DNA of 26,040 nucleotides from Bacteroidia bacterium (GTDB taxonomy: Bacteria; Planctomycetota; Phycisphaerae; Phycisphaerales; SM1A02). The notes under the pieces are model-generated. The model was not told where the DNA came from. It searched no databases and worked only from the letters and a program-made list of their open reading frames with translations. Below, piece after piece: positions 18,337-26,040 of the stretch. The first letter of the stretch is position 1, and the number at the start of each line of letters is the position of its first letter. The stretch spans positions 1 to 26,040 of the forward strand of contig JASGCG010000001.1 in NCBI GenBank assembly GCA_030054235.1, in the 5' to 3' direction. The position numbers and the translations under genes were made by a program.

Positions 18337-21012
18337 ATGTCGCTCCTGAGTGCGCTTCTTGCCGCCGTGGCGGTCTTCGGAACCAGCCCGGCTTCTGCCC
18401 CCGCGAACTGGCTCGTTGCAGATGACCATGGTCGGCTTGCTCCCGTGCCTGGCCTGCATCAGGCCGTGCTGCAGCGCCTGCGCTCGGACCGTGCCATCAC
18501 GAAGCGAGCACTCGGCGCCCCCGAACTCCAGATCGATGTTCCGGTCGGCTCGCTCGGCATGCTCGCCCTTGACCTCAGGCCGATGCCGGCGATCGCCCGC
18601 GATGCCTTCGTCGAGGTCGGCGCGGCGGAGCGCATGCGTGACCACGCGCTGACCGGCGTGCTGCTCGACACGGTGCACCTGCAGGGCACCGTCATCGGCC
18701 ATCCCCGCTCGAGCGTCTACGTCGGCATCGGTTCGACCGGCATCGCCGCGACGATCGACCTTGGTTCAGGCCAGGGAACGTGGACCCTCCGACGCTCGGG
18801 CAGCGATGCACCCGGGCTCTGCTCCGGTCCAGTCGAGTTTGTGCGCACCACGGGCACCAGCGCGCCCGAGGTCCCCGCGTGCGGCGCCGAGTGCTCCGGT
18901 CATCACGGCGGCGACGGCAGCCTTGCCGGCACGGGCGTGATCGTGCCCGGCGCGCGGCCCGTGGTCGAGCTCGCCGTCGACAGCGACTTCGAGTTCCTGC
19001 GCATCTTCGGCGGCGATGGCGTCGCTGCCACCGAGTACATCGCCACGCTCGTCGGTGCCGTCTCGGCGATCTACCGCCGCGACTGCGACACGACGATCGC
19101 GCTCGCCTATGTGCGGTTGCAGCCCGACGCCGACGACCTGTTCAACCAACCCGATCCGCTCGGGCCGTTCCGGACCTGGTGGAACGAGAACGGCGCCGAC
19201 GTCGATCGTGATCTCTTCACGCTGCTGACGGGCCGCCGCGACCTGCCGTATGGGGGCGTGGCGTGGCTCAATGCCGCCTGCACCGACTTCGGCTATTCCG
19301 TCAACGGGTACCTCAACGGCCGCTTCGTCGATGCCTTCGCCACCAACCCCGGCAACTGGGACGTCAACGTCACCGCGCATGAATTCGGCCACAACCTCGG
19401 CACGCTGCACACCCACGACTACTCGATCGACGCGTGCGCGTCGGGCACGGTGCAGCGCGGCACGATCATGAGCTACTGCCACGTCGTGTCGGGCGCGAGC
19501 TCCAACATCGATCTTCGGTTCCACGCCGGGACCGTCGACCCCATCAAGGCCTTCGTCGCGGCGGCGGCGTGCCTGGCCCGCGACTGCGACGACGACGGGT
19601 TCGATGACGCCGACGAGATCGCGGCCGATCCCCTGCTCGATGCAAACGGCGATGGCCTGCTCGATGCGTGCCAGGACTGCAACGGCAATGCAACGCCGGA
19701 TCCCGTGGAGATCGCAGCCGGCACGCTCGTGGATGCCAACGCCAACGGCCGTCCGGACTCGTGCGAGCCCGACTGCGACGGCAACGGCGTCGCCGACACG
19801 ATCGATGCCATGCTCGATCCTGCGAAGGACTCCAACGGCGACTTCGTGCTGCAGTCCTGCGAGCCTGACTGCAACGGCGATGGCATTGCCGACAGCGACG
19901 CGGTGCTGGCGGACATGTCCCTCGATCGATCGCGTGACGGCGTGCCCGATGCGTGCGAGGACTGCGACGGCGACGGGACGGTGGACTTCCTCGAGCTCCA
20001 GGGCTCGATGTCGCGCTGGGTCGGCTCACGGAGCGATGCCCTCCTGCGAGAGCTCGATCCGCGCTCGGGCGTGCTGCGACGGACCGTCGCGCTGGGCTCG
20101 GCGTCGGTCGAGGACCTTGTCATCGCACCCGATGGCCGGCTGCTCGCGATCGAGGGCCTGAACGCGTGGGCGCTCGATCGATCATCGCCAGCCAACCAAC
20201 CCGTGCGCTGGGGACCGGCCTTCGCGAACCAGTTGCGTTCGATTGCGGTGGCGCCCGATGGACGGATCGCCGTGATGCAGCGCAACGGGCGGACCACGCT
20301 TCACGAACCGGATGGCTCGCTCTCGGCCAGCTGGCTTCCCGCCTTCGCCGACCAGGATGCGCGCGATCTCGTCTTCCGCACCCTGCCTGACGGCACCCAT
20401 GAGGCCATCGCCACCCGCAGCAACGGCGTCGTCATGGCGTTCGCGTGGCCTCAGGGAGCGGACCGTGTGCTCGCCGACCTGTCGGCACAGGTGCCGGACC
20501 TTGCCGGTGCTTTCGTGATGAACGATGGGTCGATCCTGCTCGCCGCGACGGCGCTCGATCGCATCATCAGGCTTGGCGCCGACGGCACCGATCTGGGCGA
20601 ATGGGACGTGGACAACGGACTGCTGCTGGATGGCGTGGTGGCGCTGTGTGCAGCCGGTGACGGCCGCGCAATCCTGGCGGCCGCTCCCAACAGCAGTTCG
20701 ACGGTCAACGGCTTCGCGCTCGTGAATGGCTACACCGAGCGCACCTATCGCATCTATCCCGCGGATGCACCGCGCCCGAGCGCGATCGTGATCGCTCCGC
20801 CAAGTGCAACCGACCTCAACGGCAACCTCATTCCTGATGCGTGCGAGGGTCCGATCGGCGACGTCGATCGCGACGGCGATGTCGATGGCGCCGACCTGGG
20901 CATCATGTTGGCCACCTGGGGCGACTGCGCCGGTTGCGCCGCCGATCTCAACGATGATGGCACGGTGGATGGCGCCGACCTCGGCGTGCTGCTGACGTCC
21001 TTCGGGGTGTGA
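18337..21012 (+). CDS. Secreted zinc metalloprotease (M12B/reprolysin-like) with Ca-binding repeats, beta-propeller and dockerin-like C-terminus
   Basis: Signal peptide; PACG cysteine-switch-like motif; VELAVDSDFEF; HEFGHNLGTLH (HExxHxxGxxH, 19378-19410); Met-turn IMSYC; DCxGxGxxD/DxNxNGxPDxC repeats; propeller blades; paired GDVDRDGDVDGADLG / ADLNDDGTVDGADLG. Confidence 0.9.
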   Translation: MSLLSALLAAVAVFGTSPASAPANWLVADDHGRLAPVPGLHQAVLQRLRSDRAITKRALGAPELQIDVPVGSLGMLALDLRPMPAIARDAFVEVGAAERMRDHALTGVLLDTVHLQGTVIGHPRSSVYVGIGSTGIAATIDLGSGQGTWTLRRSGSDAPGLCSGPVEFVRTTGTSAPEVPACGAECSGHHGGDGSLAGTGVIVPGARPVVELAVDSDFEFLRIFGGDGVAATEYIATLVGAVSAIYRRDCDTTIALAYVRLQPDADDLFNQPDPLGPFRTWWNENGADVDRDLFTLLTGRRDLPYGGVAWLNAACTDFGYSVNGYLNGRFVDAFATNPGNWDVNVTAHEFGHNLGTLHTHDYSIDACASGTVQRGTIMSYCHVVSGASSNIDLRFHAGTVDPIKAFVAAAACLARDCDDDGFDDADEIAADPLLDANGDGLLDACQDCNGNATPDPVEIAAGTLVDANANGRPDSCEPDCDGNGVADTIDAMLDPAKDSNGDFVLQSCEPDCNGDGIADSDAVLADMSLDRSRDGVPDACEDCDGDGTVDFLELQGSMSRWVGSRSDALLRELDPRSGVLRRTVALGSASVEDLVIAPDGRLLAIEGLNAWALDRSSPANQPVRWGPAFANQLRSIAVAPDGRIAVMQRNGRTTLHEPDGSLSASWLPAFADQDARDLVFRTLPDGTHEAIATRSNGVVMAFAWPQGADRVLADLSAQVPDLAGAFVMNDGSILLAATALDRIIRLGADGTDLGEWDVDNGLLLDGVVALCAAGDGRAILAAAPNSSSTVNGFALVNGYTERTYRIYPADAPRPSAIVIAPPSATDLNGNLIPDACEGPIGDVDRDGDVDGADLGIMLATWGDCAGCAADLNDDGTVDGADLGVLLTSFGV
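19582..19988 (+). repeat. Protein-level tandem TSP3-like Ca-binding repeats (about 4.5 units of ~33 aa)
   Basis: DCDDDGFDD..DANGDGLLDAC / DCNGNATPD..DANANGRPDSC / DCDGNGVAD..DSNGDFVLQSC / DCNGDGIAD..DRSRDGVPDAC / DCDGDGTVD. Confidence 0.85.
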
Positions 21013-21051
21013 TGGCCCGCTCCTCATCTGCTTGTCAGAACTTGGCTTAGA

Positions 21052-21090
21052 TTGAAGCCCCGCTTCGGCGGGCGGGCATCGATCCTTCAA
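21052..21090 (+). other. Intergenic hairpin with C(UUCG)G tetraloop
   Basis: CCCGC-TTCG-GCGGG inner stem (21059-21072); outer TTGAAG (21052-21057)/CTTCAA (21085-21090). Confidence 0.45.
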
Positions 21091-21223
21091 GTACGGCAAA
21101 ATCAGCACCAATCGCCTCGCTCGCCAGAGCATCCACGCAAACGTGTGACAAGGTGAGGCACCTGTCGTCGGGTGGTGTGGCGCAGCGATCCCCTGTCCTG
21201 AACGTGCCACGGAGACCGACACC

Positions 21224-23839
21224 ATGAAGATCCGCGCAATCGTCGTCGCGGCGCTGAGCCTGCTCACCGCCGCTGTCCATGCCGCCCCTCAAGCCACCGA
21301 CGATTGCTCAGTGCCATTCCAGGCATCAGGTGATGCGATCGTGAACTTCGACTTCGCCGGATCGCAGGCGACGGGCGGCGTGCTCGGCGCACCGTGCGTG
21401 ACGCAGCCGGTCGATTCAGTCCACGACCTCTGGGTCTGCTACCGCTCGGAATGCAACGGGATCGTCGAGATCAGCACCTGCGGCCTCACCACGCTGAACA
21501 CCATCATCGCCGTCTACGAACCGAGCGCATGCGCATGCCCTGATTCGCAGGTGCCCATCCGCTGCTGCAACGACGACAGCTGCGGCAAGCAGTCCCTGGT
21601 CCGCTGCGAGATGTCGTGCGACCGGACCTACATGATCCGCATCATGATCCGTACCAACGAGCCGCTTGGTGCTGGACAGGTGTCGTTCACCTGCACCGGC
21701 CAGCCCTGCCCGAAGGACAAGGGCCTCACCGCGCCGGAATGCCGCGAGTGCTGCGGTGCACGCCCGCCGCTCGTGGACGGGCTGCCGCAGCCCTTCGCGC
21801 CCGGGCAGGTCACGGCGGTGACCTTTGGTCGCGAGGATTCGCCGGCCGGGAACATCGGTGTCCTTCGGCTCGTCGACACTGGCGATCAAGCCCTCGCGCC
21901 CACCGTTGGTTCCGGCCTGCTCTGGAACCCGCAGCTCTACTCGCACCCGCAATGGGATCTCGCCACGCTCGGAAGCATCTTCGGTGTCGCCTTCGATGGC
22001 CAGGGCAACATCTTCGTCTCACACACCGTTGCGTACTCCAACGACCTCCTCGGCTCGCTGGGGGTTTCTCCGGCCGGCGACGGCCGTGGTGCCATCTACC
22101 GCATCGACGGCACGACCGGAGCACCGGCCCTGTGGCGAACGCTCCCGCAGGCCGCCGGCTCCGGCAGCGCCGTGGGACTCGGCAACCTTGACTTCGACTG
22201 TGAGCGCGATTGCCTCTTCGCGACCAACCTCGAGGATGGACGCATCTACTCGATCAACGCGACCACCGGAGCGATCAGCGCGTACGACCACCAGTCGGAC
22301 TCGATCGAGGCTGAATCATCGACAGGCAACGGCAACGCAATCGCCGAAGGTCCGAACCCAGGCGGTGCGTCGAGCGAACCTGCCGGATTCGTGGGCTTCG
22401 GCAATGCACCCTACGCCGTGAAGATGGCCGGTGATCGTCTCTACTACTCGGTGTGGGAGAACCCCTCGACCACAGGCCAGACCATCTGGTCCGTCGAAGT
22501 CGACCCCATCGGCGTGTTCGTGCCCGGCACGCGTCGGATTGAACTGACGCTGCCCCTGTCGACCACGCCGGGACAGGTGGTTGCGGACCTCAGCTTCGAT
22601 CGCGAGTGCTGCATGCTCCTGGCGGAGCGATCCATGGTGAGCCCATCCGCCACCGCGACCCATCGCGGCCGTGCATGGCGCGCCTGTTTCGACGCGGCCT
22701 CTGCCTCGTGGAATGTCGTCCGCTACGACGTGGGCAGCTTCGGTGCATTCGGTCCAGACTGGCAGAACGCATCGGGCGGCATCGACTACATCGATGGCGC
22801 GCTGGGTGAACAGGTTTGGCTGACGGGGGACTTCTATGCCCAACCGCTCGTCGGTTCCTATTACGGGATCTCCGGCATCCCGCTGATCGACGCGGATCCA
22901 CTGCAGCTGGACACCGTTTTCGGTCCTGGCATGAACATCACGTCCAGCAAGACCACCCAAGGCTCCCTCGACATCACCTGCTGGGCCACCGAGGAACCCT
23001 GCTCGATCGAGACCGACGATCTCTCGTGCGTCCCCAACTCGGACGGGACCTTCTCGTACCTGTGGGACTTCACGATCGTGAATGGATCGGGCCAGCAGGC
23101 CGACATGCTCATCCTGTCGGATCCTGCCTTCGCGCCCAACAACGTGTTCTTCCTGCCGCAGCCGCTCCCACCCAACGGCATCCTGCAGCTGCAGCTGCCG
23201 ATTCAGGGAGCGCCCGGCACCGAGCTCTGCTTCACCGCAACGCTCGTCCAGCTGGGATCGCCCGATCCCTGCTGCACGGTCGACGTGTGCATCACGCTGC
23301 CTGACTGCGAGTGCTTCGAGGTGCAGAAGCTCGATCTCGTGGATCTCCCGGGTTCGGGCACGTTCGGCCTCAATCTCGACATCGTGAACCTCGAGTCATG
23401 GAACGCCGAATGGGTCACGCTGGCGATCGATCCTGCATCGATCCCGGCGGGATTCTCTGCCGACGTGACGCCTGACCTGATCGATGTCGCGCCGGGCGTC
23501 GGACTCGGCGGCACGATCGACGTGGATGCCGAGGCGGCCGGCGGTGCCATTTCCGTGGTCACCAACGCGCCTGCAGGAACCCAGCTCTCGCTGGTGGTCG
23601 GCGTGCACACGCTCGCCTTCCATCCCTGCTGCTTCAAGAAGATCCAGCTCACCGTGCCGACCGATGGCGGGGCCGGCGGAAACCCATCCGATCTCAATGG
23701 CGATGGCGTGGTGAACGCCCAGGACCTTGCCGTGCTGCTCGCCGCATGGGGTTCGAACGCGCCGGGCGCCGACGTGAACGATGACGGCATCGTCGATGGC
23801 AAGGACCTGGCCATCCTGCTCGGCAGCTGGAACGGATGA
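21224..23839 (+). CDS. Large secreted Cys-rich multidomain protein (PPC-like domain, beta-propeller, two Ig-like repeats, dockerin-like C-terminus); function unknown
   Basis: Signal peptide MKIRAIVVAALSLLTAAVHA with GGAG SD; 'ISTCG..LNTIIAVY..CNDDSCG' module; propeller-like blades (FGVAFDGQGNIFV, FATNLEDGRIY); repeats ending 'PCC..C/K I.L(P/T)'; SDLNGDGVVNAQDLAVLLAAWG / ADVNDDGIVDGKDLAILLGSW. Confidence 0.85.
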   Translation: MKIRAIVVAALSLLTAAVHAAPQATDDCSVPFQASGDAIVNFDFAGSQATGGVLGAPCVTQPVDSVHDLWVCYRSECNGIVEISTCGLTTLNTIIAVYEPSACACPDSQVPIRCCNDDSCGKQSLVRCEMSCDRTYMIRIMIRTNEPLGAGQVSFTCTGQPCPKDKGLTAPECRECCGARPPLVDGLPQPFAPGQVTAVTFGREDSPAGNIGVLRLVDTGDQALAPTVGSGLLWNPQLYSHPQWDLATLGSIFGVAFDGQGNIFVSHTVAYSNDLLGSLGVSPAGDGRGAIYRIDGTTGAPALWRTLPQAAGSGSAVGLGNLDFDCERDCLFATNLEDGRIYSINATTGAISAYDHQSDSIEAESSTGNGNAIAEGPNPGGASSEPAGFVGFGNAPYAVKMAGDRLYYSVWENPSTTGQTIWSVEVDPIGVFVPGTRRIELTLPLSTTPGQVVADLSFDRECCMLLAERSMVSPSATATHRGRAWRACFDAASASWNVVRYDVGSFGAFGPDWQNASGGIDYIDGALGEQVWLTGDFYAQPLVGSYYGISGIPLIDADPLQLDTVFGPGMNITSSKTTQGSLDITCWATEEPCSIETDDLSCVPNSDGTFSYLWDFTIVNGSGQQADMLILSDPAFAPNNVFFLPQPLPPNGILQLQLPIQGAPGTELCFTATLVQLGSPDPCCTVDVCITLPDCECFEVQKLDLVDLPGSGTFGLNLDIVNLESWNAEWVTLAIDPASIPAGFSADVTPDLIDVAPGVGLGGTIDVDAEAAGGAISVVTNAPAGTQLSLVVGVHTLAFHPCCFKKIQLTVPTDGGAGGNPSDLNGDGVVNAQDLAVLLAAWGSNAPGADVNDDGIVDGKDLAILLGSWNG

Positions 23840-23847
23840 TCGCGAAC

Positions 23848-23877
23848 CGCCGGGGCGGGGCTCACCCCGCCTCGGCG
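23848..23877. terminator. 13-bp hairpin at the convergent junction, containing the queC stop codon in its loop
   Basis: CGCCGGGGCGGGG-CTCA-CCCCGCCTCGGCG with one G:U pair; the loop contains TCA (queC TGA on the minus strand). Confidence 0.55.
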
Positions 23878-24557
23878 AACCCGCGGGCGCGCAGCTCACA
23901 GGCATCGCAGCGACCGCAGGGCACGCCGTCGGCCGAGGGGTCGTAGCACGAGATCGTGAGCGACAGGTCCACGCCGAGCTCGCGGCCGAGCCGCACGATC
24001 TGCGCCTTGCTCAGCTGCTGCAGCGGCGTGTGCAGCCGGATGTGCCCGGACTCCACGCCCGCGCGCGTGGCCAGGTTCGCCACGCGCTCAAACGCCGCGA
24101 TGAACTCGGGCCGGCAGTCAGGGTAGCCCGAGTAGTCGATCGCATTCACGCCGATGCCCAGGTCGAATGCCCCGCGTACCTCGGCGAAGGCGAGCGCGAA
24201 CGCCAGGAAGATCGTGTTGCGCGCCGGCACGTAGGTGACCGGGATCGATCCGGCCATCTGGTCCGGCGAGCGATCCTTCGGCACCGCGATGTCCGACGTG
24301 AGCGCACTGCCGCCGAACGCCCGCAGATCGATGCGCTGCACGACGTGCTCGACCACGCCGACCTGCTTTGCCACGCGTGCCGCCGCCTGCAGTTCCACGC
24401 TGTGGCGCTGCCCGTAGTCGAAGCTCAATGCATGAACGTCGAAGCCCTCGCGCCGAAGCCACGCCGCAGTCACGGCGCTGTCAAGCCCGCCCGAGAGGAG
24501 CACGACGGCACTACGGCGCGCGCCCGCTCCATCGCGGTGTCCAGCCGGGCGCGTCAT
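23862..24557 (-). CDS. queC: 7-cyano-7-deazaguanine synthase
   Basis: [51 protein letters not shown] (Zn site). Confidence 0.96.
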   Translation of the reverse strand: MTRPAGHRDGAGARRSAVVLLSGGLDSAVTAAWLRREGFDVHALSFDYGQRHSVELQAAARVAKQVGVVEHVVQRIDLRAFGGSALTSDIAVPKDRSPDQMAGSIPVTYVPARNTIFLAFALAFAEVRGAFDLGIGVNAIDYSGYPDCRPEFIAAFERVANLATRAGVESGHIRLHTPLQQLSKAQIVRLGRELGVDLSLTISCYDPSADGVPCGRCDACELRARGFAEAG

Positions 24558-25480
24558 GCCGGGCTCGGCACCGTCTCGAGCACGTGCTGCACGATGCGGC
24601 GTGCCGCCTGCGCATCGCCGAACTCCATCGAGCCGCGCGGCATGATGCGATGCACGAACACCGCCGCGGCGTTGCCGACGATGTCCTCCGGCGTGACGAA
24701 GTCACGGTCGTCCATGTAGGCCGTGGCACGCGCGACTTGCGCGAGCGCGAGCGCACCGCGCGGGCTCACGCCCAGCTGCAGTTCCTCGTGCTCGCGCGTG
24801 GCGGAAGCGAGCGCGATGATGTAGTCGACCAGCGGCTGCGCGAGCCTGATGCGATCGACCGCGTCCTGCATCGCCAGCACGCCGGCCGCATCCATGACCG
24901 GCTCGATCGACGGAAGGGCCGTGCGACCGGGTTGCTGCAGGATCACGCGACTCTCGTCGTCGGGGCTCGGGTAGCCGAGCGTGACGCGCATGAGGAAGCG
25001 ATCGAGCTGGTTCTCGGGCAACGTGTAGGTGCCCTCGAATTCGTAGGGATTCTGCGTGGCCACCACCATGAAGGGCTGCGGCAGCCGGTGGGTGATCCCC
25101 TCGACGGTGACCGAACCCTCGCCCATCGCCTCGAGCAGGGCGCTCTGCGTGCGCGGCGTGGCGCGGTTGACCTCGTCGGCGAGCACGATGTTGGCGAAGA
25201 CCGGGCCCGGCCGGAACTCGAACTGGCCGCGATCGCGCAGGAAGACGCTCGCGCCCGTGACATCGCTCGGCAGCAGGTCGGGCGTGCACTGGACACGCCC
25301 GAACGAACACTGCAGGCTGCGCGCGAGCGCACTGGCCAGCGTGGTCTTGCCCACCCCCGGGACATCCTCGATCAAGGCATGGCCGCGCGCGAGCAGGCAG
25401 GTCACCAGGCGATCGACGGCCTGGCGATTGCCCAGGTACGCCGTGCCGATCGTGTCGCGCAGCTTCTGCACGGGTGCCAT
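24554..25480 (-). CDS. moxR: MoxR-family AAA+ ATPase
   Basis: [72 protein letters not shown]; ATGA overlap with the queC start. Confidence 0.95.
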   Translation of the reverse strand: MAPVQKLRDTIGTAYLGNRQAVDRLVTCLLARGHALIEDVPGVGKTTLASALARSLQCSFGRVQCTPDLLPSDVTGASVFLRDRGQFEFRPGPVFANIVLADEVNRATPRTQSALLEAMGEGSVTVEGITHRLPQPFMVVATQNPYEFEGTYTLPENQLDRFLMRVTLGYPSPDDESRVILQQPGRTALPSIEPVMDAAGVLAMQDAVDRIRLAQPLVDYIIALASATREHEELQLGVSPRGALALAQVARATAYMDDRDFVTPEDIVGNAAAVFVHRIMPRGSMEFGDAQAARRIVQHVLETVPSPA

Positions 25481-25514
25481 GCTGTGGCGAGTGTAGCTGC
25501 GCTAGGCTTCTTCC
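25481..25514. promoter_or_regulatory. 34-bp divergent promoter region with two back-to-back -10 boxes
   Basis: Minus-strand TACACT (25490-25495) 9 nt before the moxR ATG; plus-strand TAGGCT (25503-25508) 6 nt before ATG 25515. Confidence 0.55.
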
Positions 25515-26040
25515 ATGTCCGTGCGCATCGGGATCCACCTGCCCTGTCGATCATGCCGTCATGACCTGAAGGGAGTTGCAGCCTGGGAACGATGCCCCGA
25601 GTGCGGCACGCCGATCATGACCACGCTGGTCGAGTGCACGGATGCGGGCGTGCGAGGCTTGCTCCGCCTGCGCCATCCATGGTCGGTGGCGATCGGACTG
25701 GCGCTCTGCTGCGTGGCGCTCACGCTGTGGTGGACCTGCCTCAGCGGTCCCGCGGGTGCCGCGCGAGCCCTCACCTTTGTCGCCGAGGGCGCACCGCAAA
25801 CGCCGCGCATGGCCACGCTCGTGGCCTCGATCACGGGTGCCGTGGGACTGCTCGCGGCATGCATCGGTGCATGGCTCATGTCCGCCCGGCGCGACGATGT
25901 GCTGGCGCGCGAGTATGGAGCGGTCGTGCCCCGTGCGCTCTGGTGCCTCCCTGCGTGGCTGGCGATCGATGCCCTGCGCATCGCCGGCGAACTGTCGATC
26001 GTCACGCCGCCTTTGGTCGGCCGCGGGTGGTCGATCGCGT
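25515..26040 (+). CDS. Zn-ribbon-led membrane protein of unknown function; runs off window edge
   Basis: Not in the ORF track. Manual translation: MSVRIGIHLPCRSCRHDLKGVAAWERCPECGTPI...WSVAIGLALCCVALTLWW...ITGAVGLLAACIGAWLM...; open to 26040. Confidence 0.8.
   Translation, partial: MSVRIGIHLPCRSCRHDLKGVAAWERCPECGTPIMTTLVECTDAGVRGLLRLRHPWSVAIGLALCCVALTLWWTCLSGPAGAARALTFVAEGAPQTPRMATLVASITGAVGLLAACIGAWLMSARRDDVLAREYGAVVPRALWCLPAWLAIDALRIAGELSIVTPPLVGRGWSIA

Noticed and set aside
21094-21150. GGCAAA...ACGCAAA resembling a c-di-GMP-I riboswitch
   Set aside because: The spacing is about twice the usual, with no GNRA-capped P2 stem or recognisable P3/receptor. An Infernal scan would settle it.
20857-23836. 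Cellulosome
   Set aside because: The dockerin-like tails are on a protease and an unknown protein; no cohesin or glycoside hydrolase dockerin fusions are in view.
23862-24557. queC as part of a 7-deazaguanine DNA-modification (dpd) or QatABCD defence island, or under a preQ1 riboswitch
   Set aside because: Canonical-length QueC with no dpdA/qat neighbours; the start overlaps moxR, leaving no leader for a riboswitch.
25559-26005. 148-aa minus-strand ORF
   Set aside because: Antisense to the more convincing plus-strand Zn-ribbon membrane gene starting at 25515.

Overview
High-GC (roughly 69% by eye) bacterial chromosomal DNA, most likely Planctomycetota/Phycisphaerales. That placement is inferred from the paired 'DLNGDGxVxGxDLxxLLxxWG' dockerin-like C-termini and a CxxC..DLxG..CPECG Zn-ribbon membrane protein. 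Gene order: (-) Na+/solute symporter (partial), (-) GH38 alpha-mannosidase, (-) DUF481 beta-barrel; (+) Cys-rich small ORF, TolC-like outer membrane factor, periplasmic adaptor, ABC ATPase, two FtsX/MacB permeases, His/Cys-rich lipoprotein; (+) AAA_14/DUF4143 ATPase, xylB, small membrane protein; (-) Amidase_2 lipoprotein; (+) gyrB, M12B-like metalloprotease, large secreted dockerin-like protein; (-) queC, (-) moxR; (+) Zn-ribbon membrane protein (partial). No rRNA, tRNA, CRISPR or transposase was seen. The best candidate for an undescribed system is 4853-11539. It is a MacAB-TolC-type exporter preceded by an apparently leaderless 13-Cys/poly-Pro uORF and a stem that could hide the SD, and followed by a His-rich CxTPWDFCC lipoprotein, which suggests a translationally controlled metal-handling system. 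Two window-wide signals are also present: six genes with TAnnnT exactly 6 nt before the start codon (leaderless mRNAs), and abundant CGATCG. All family calls come from motif recognition by eye; no database search was run.
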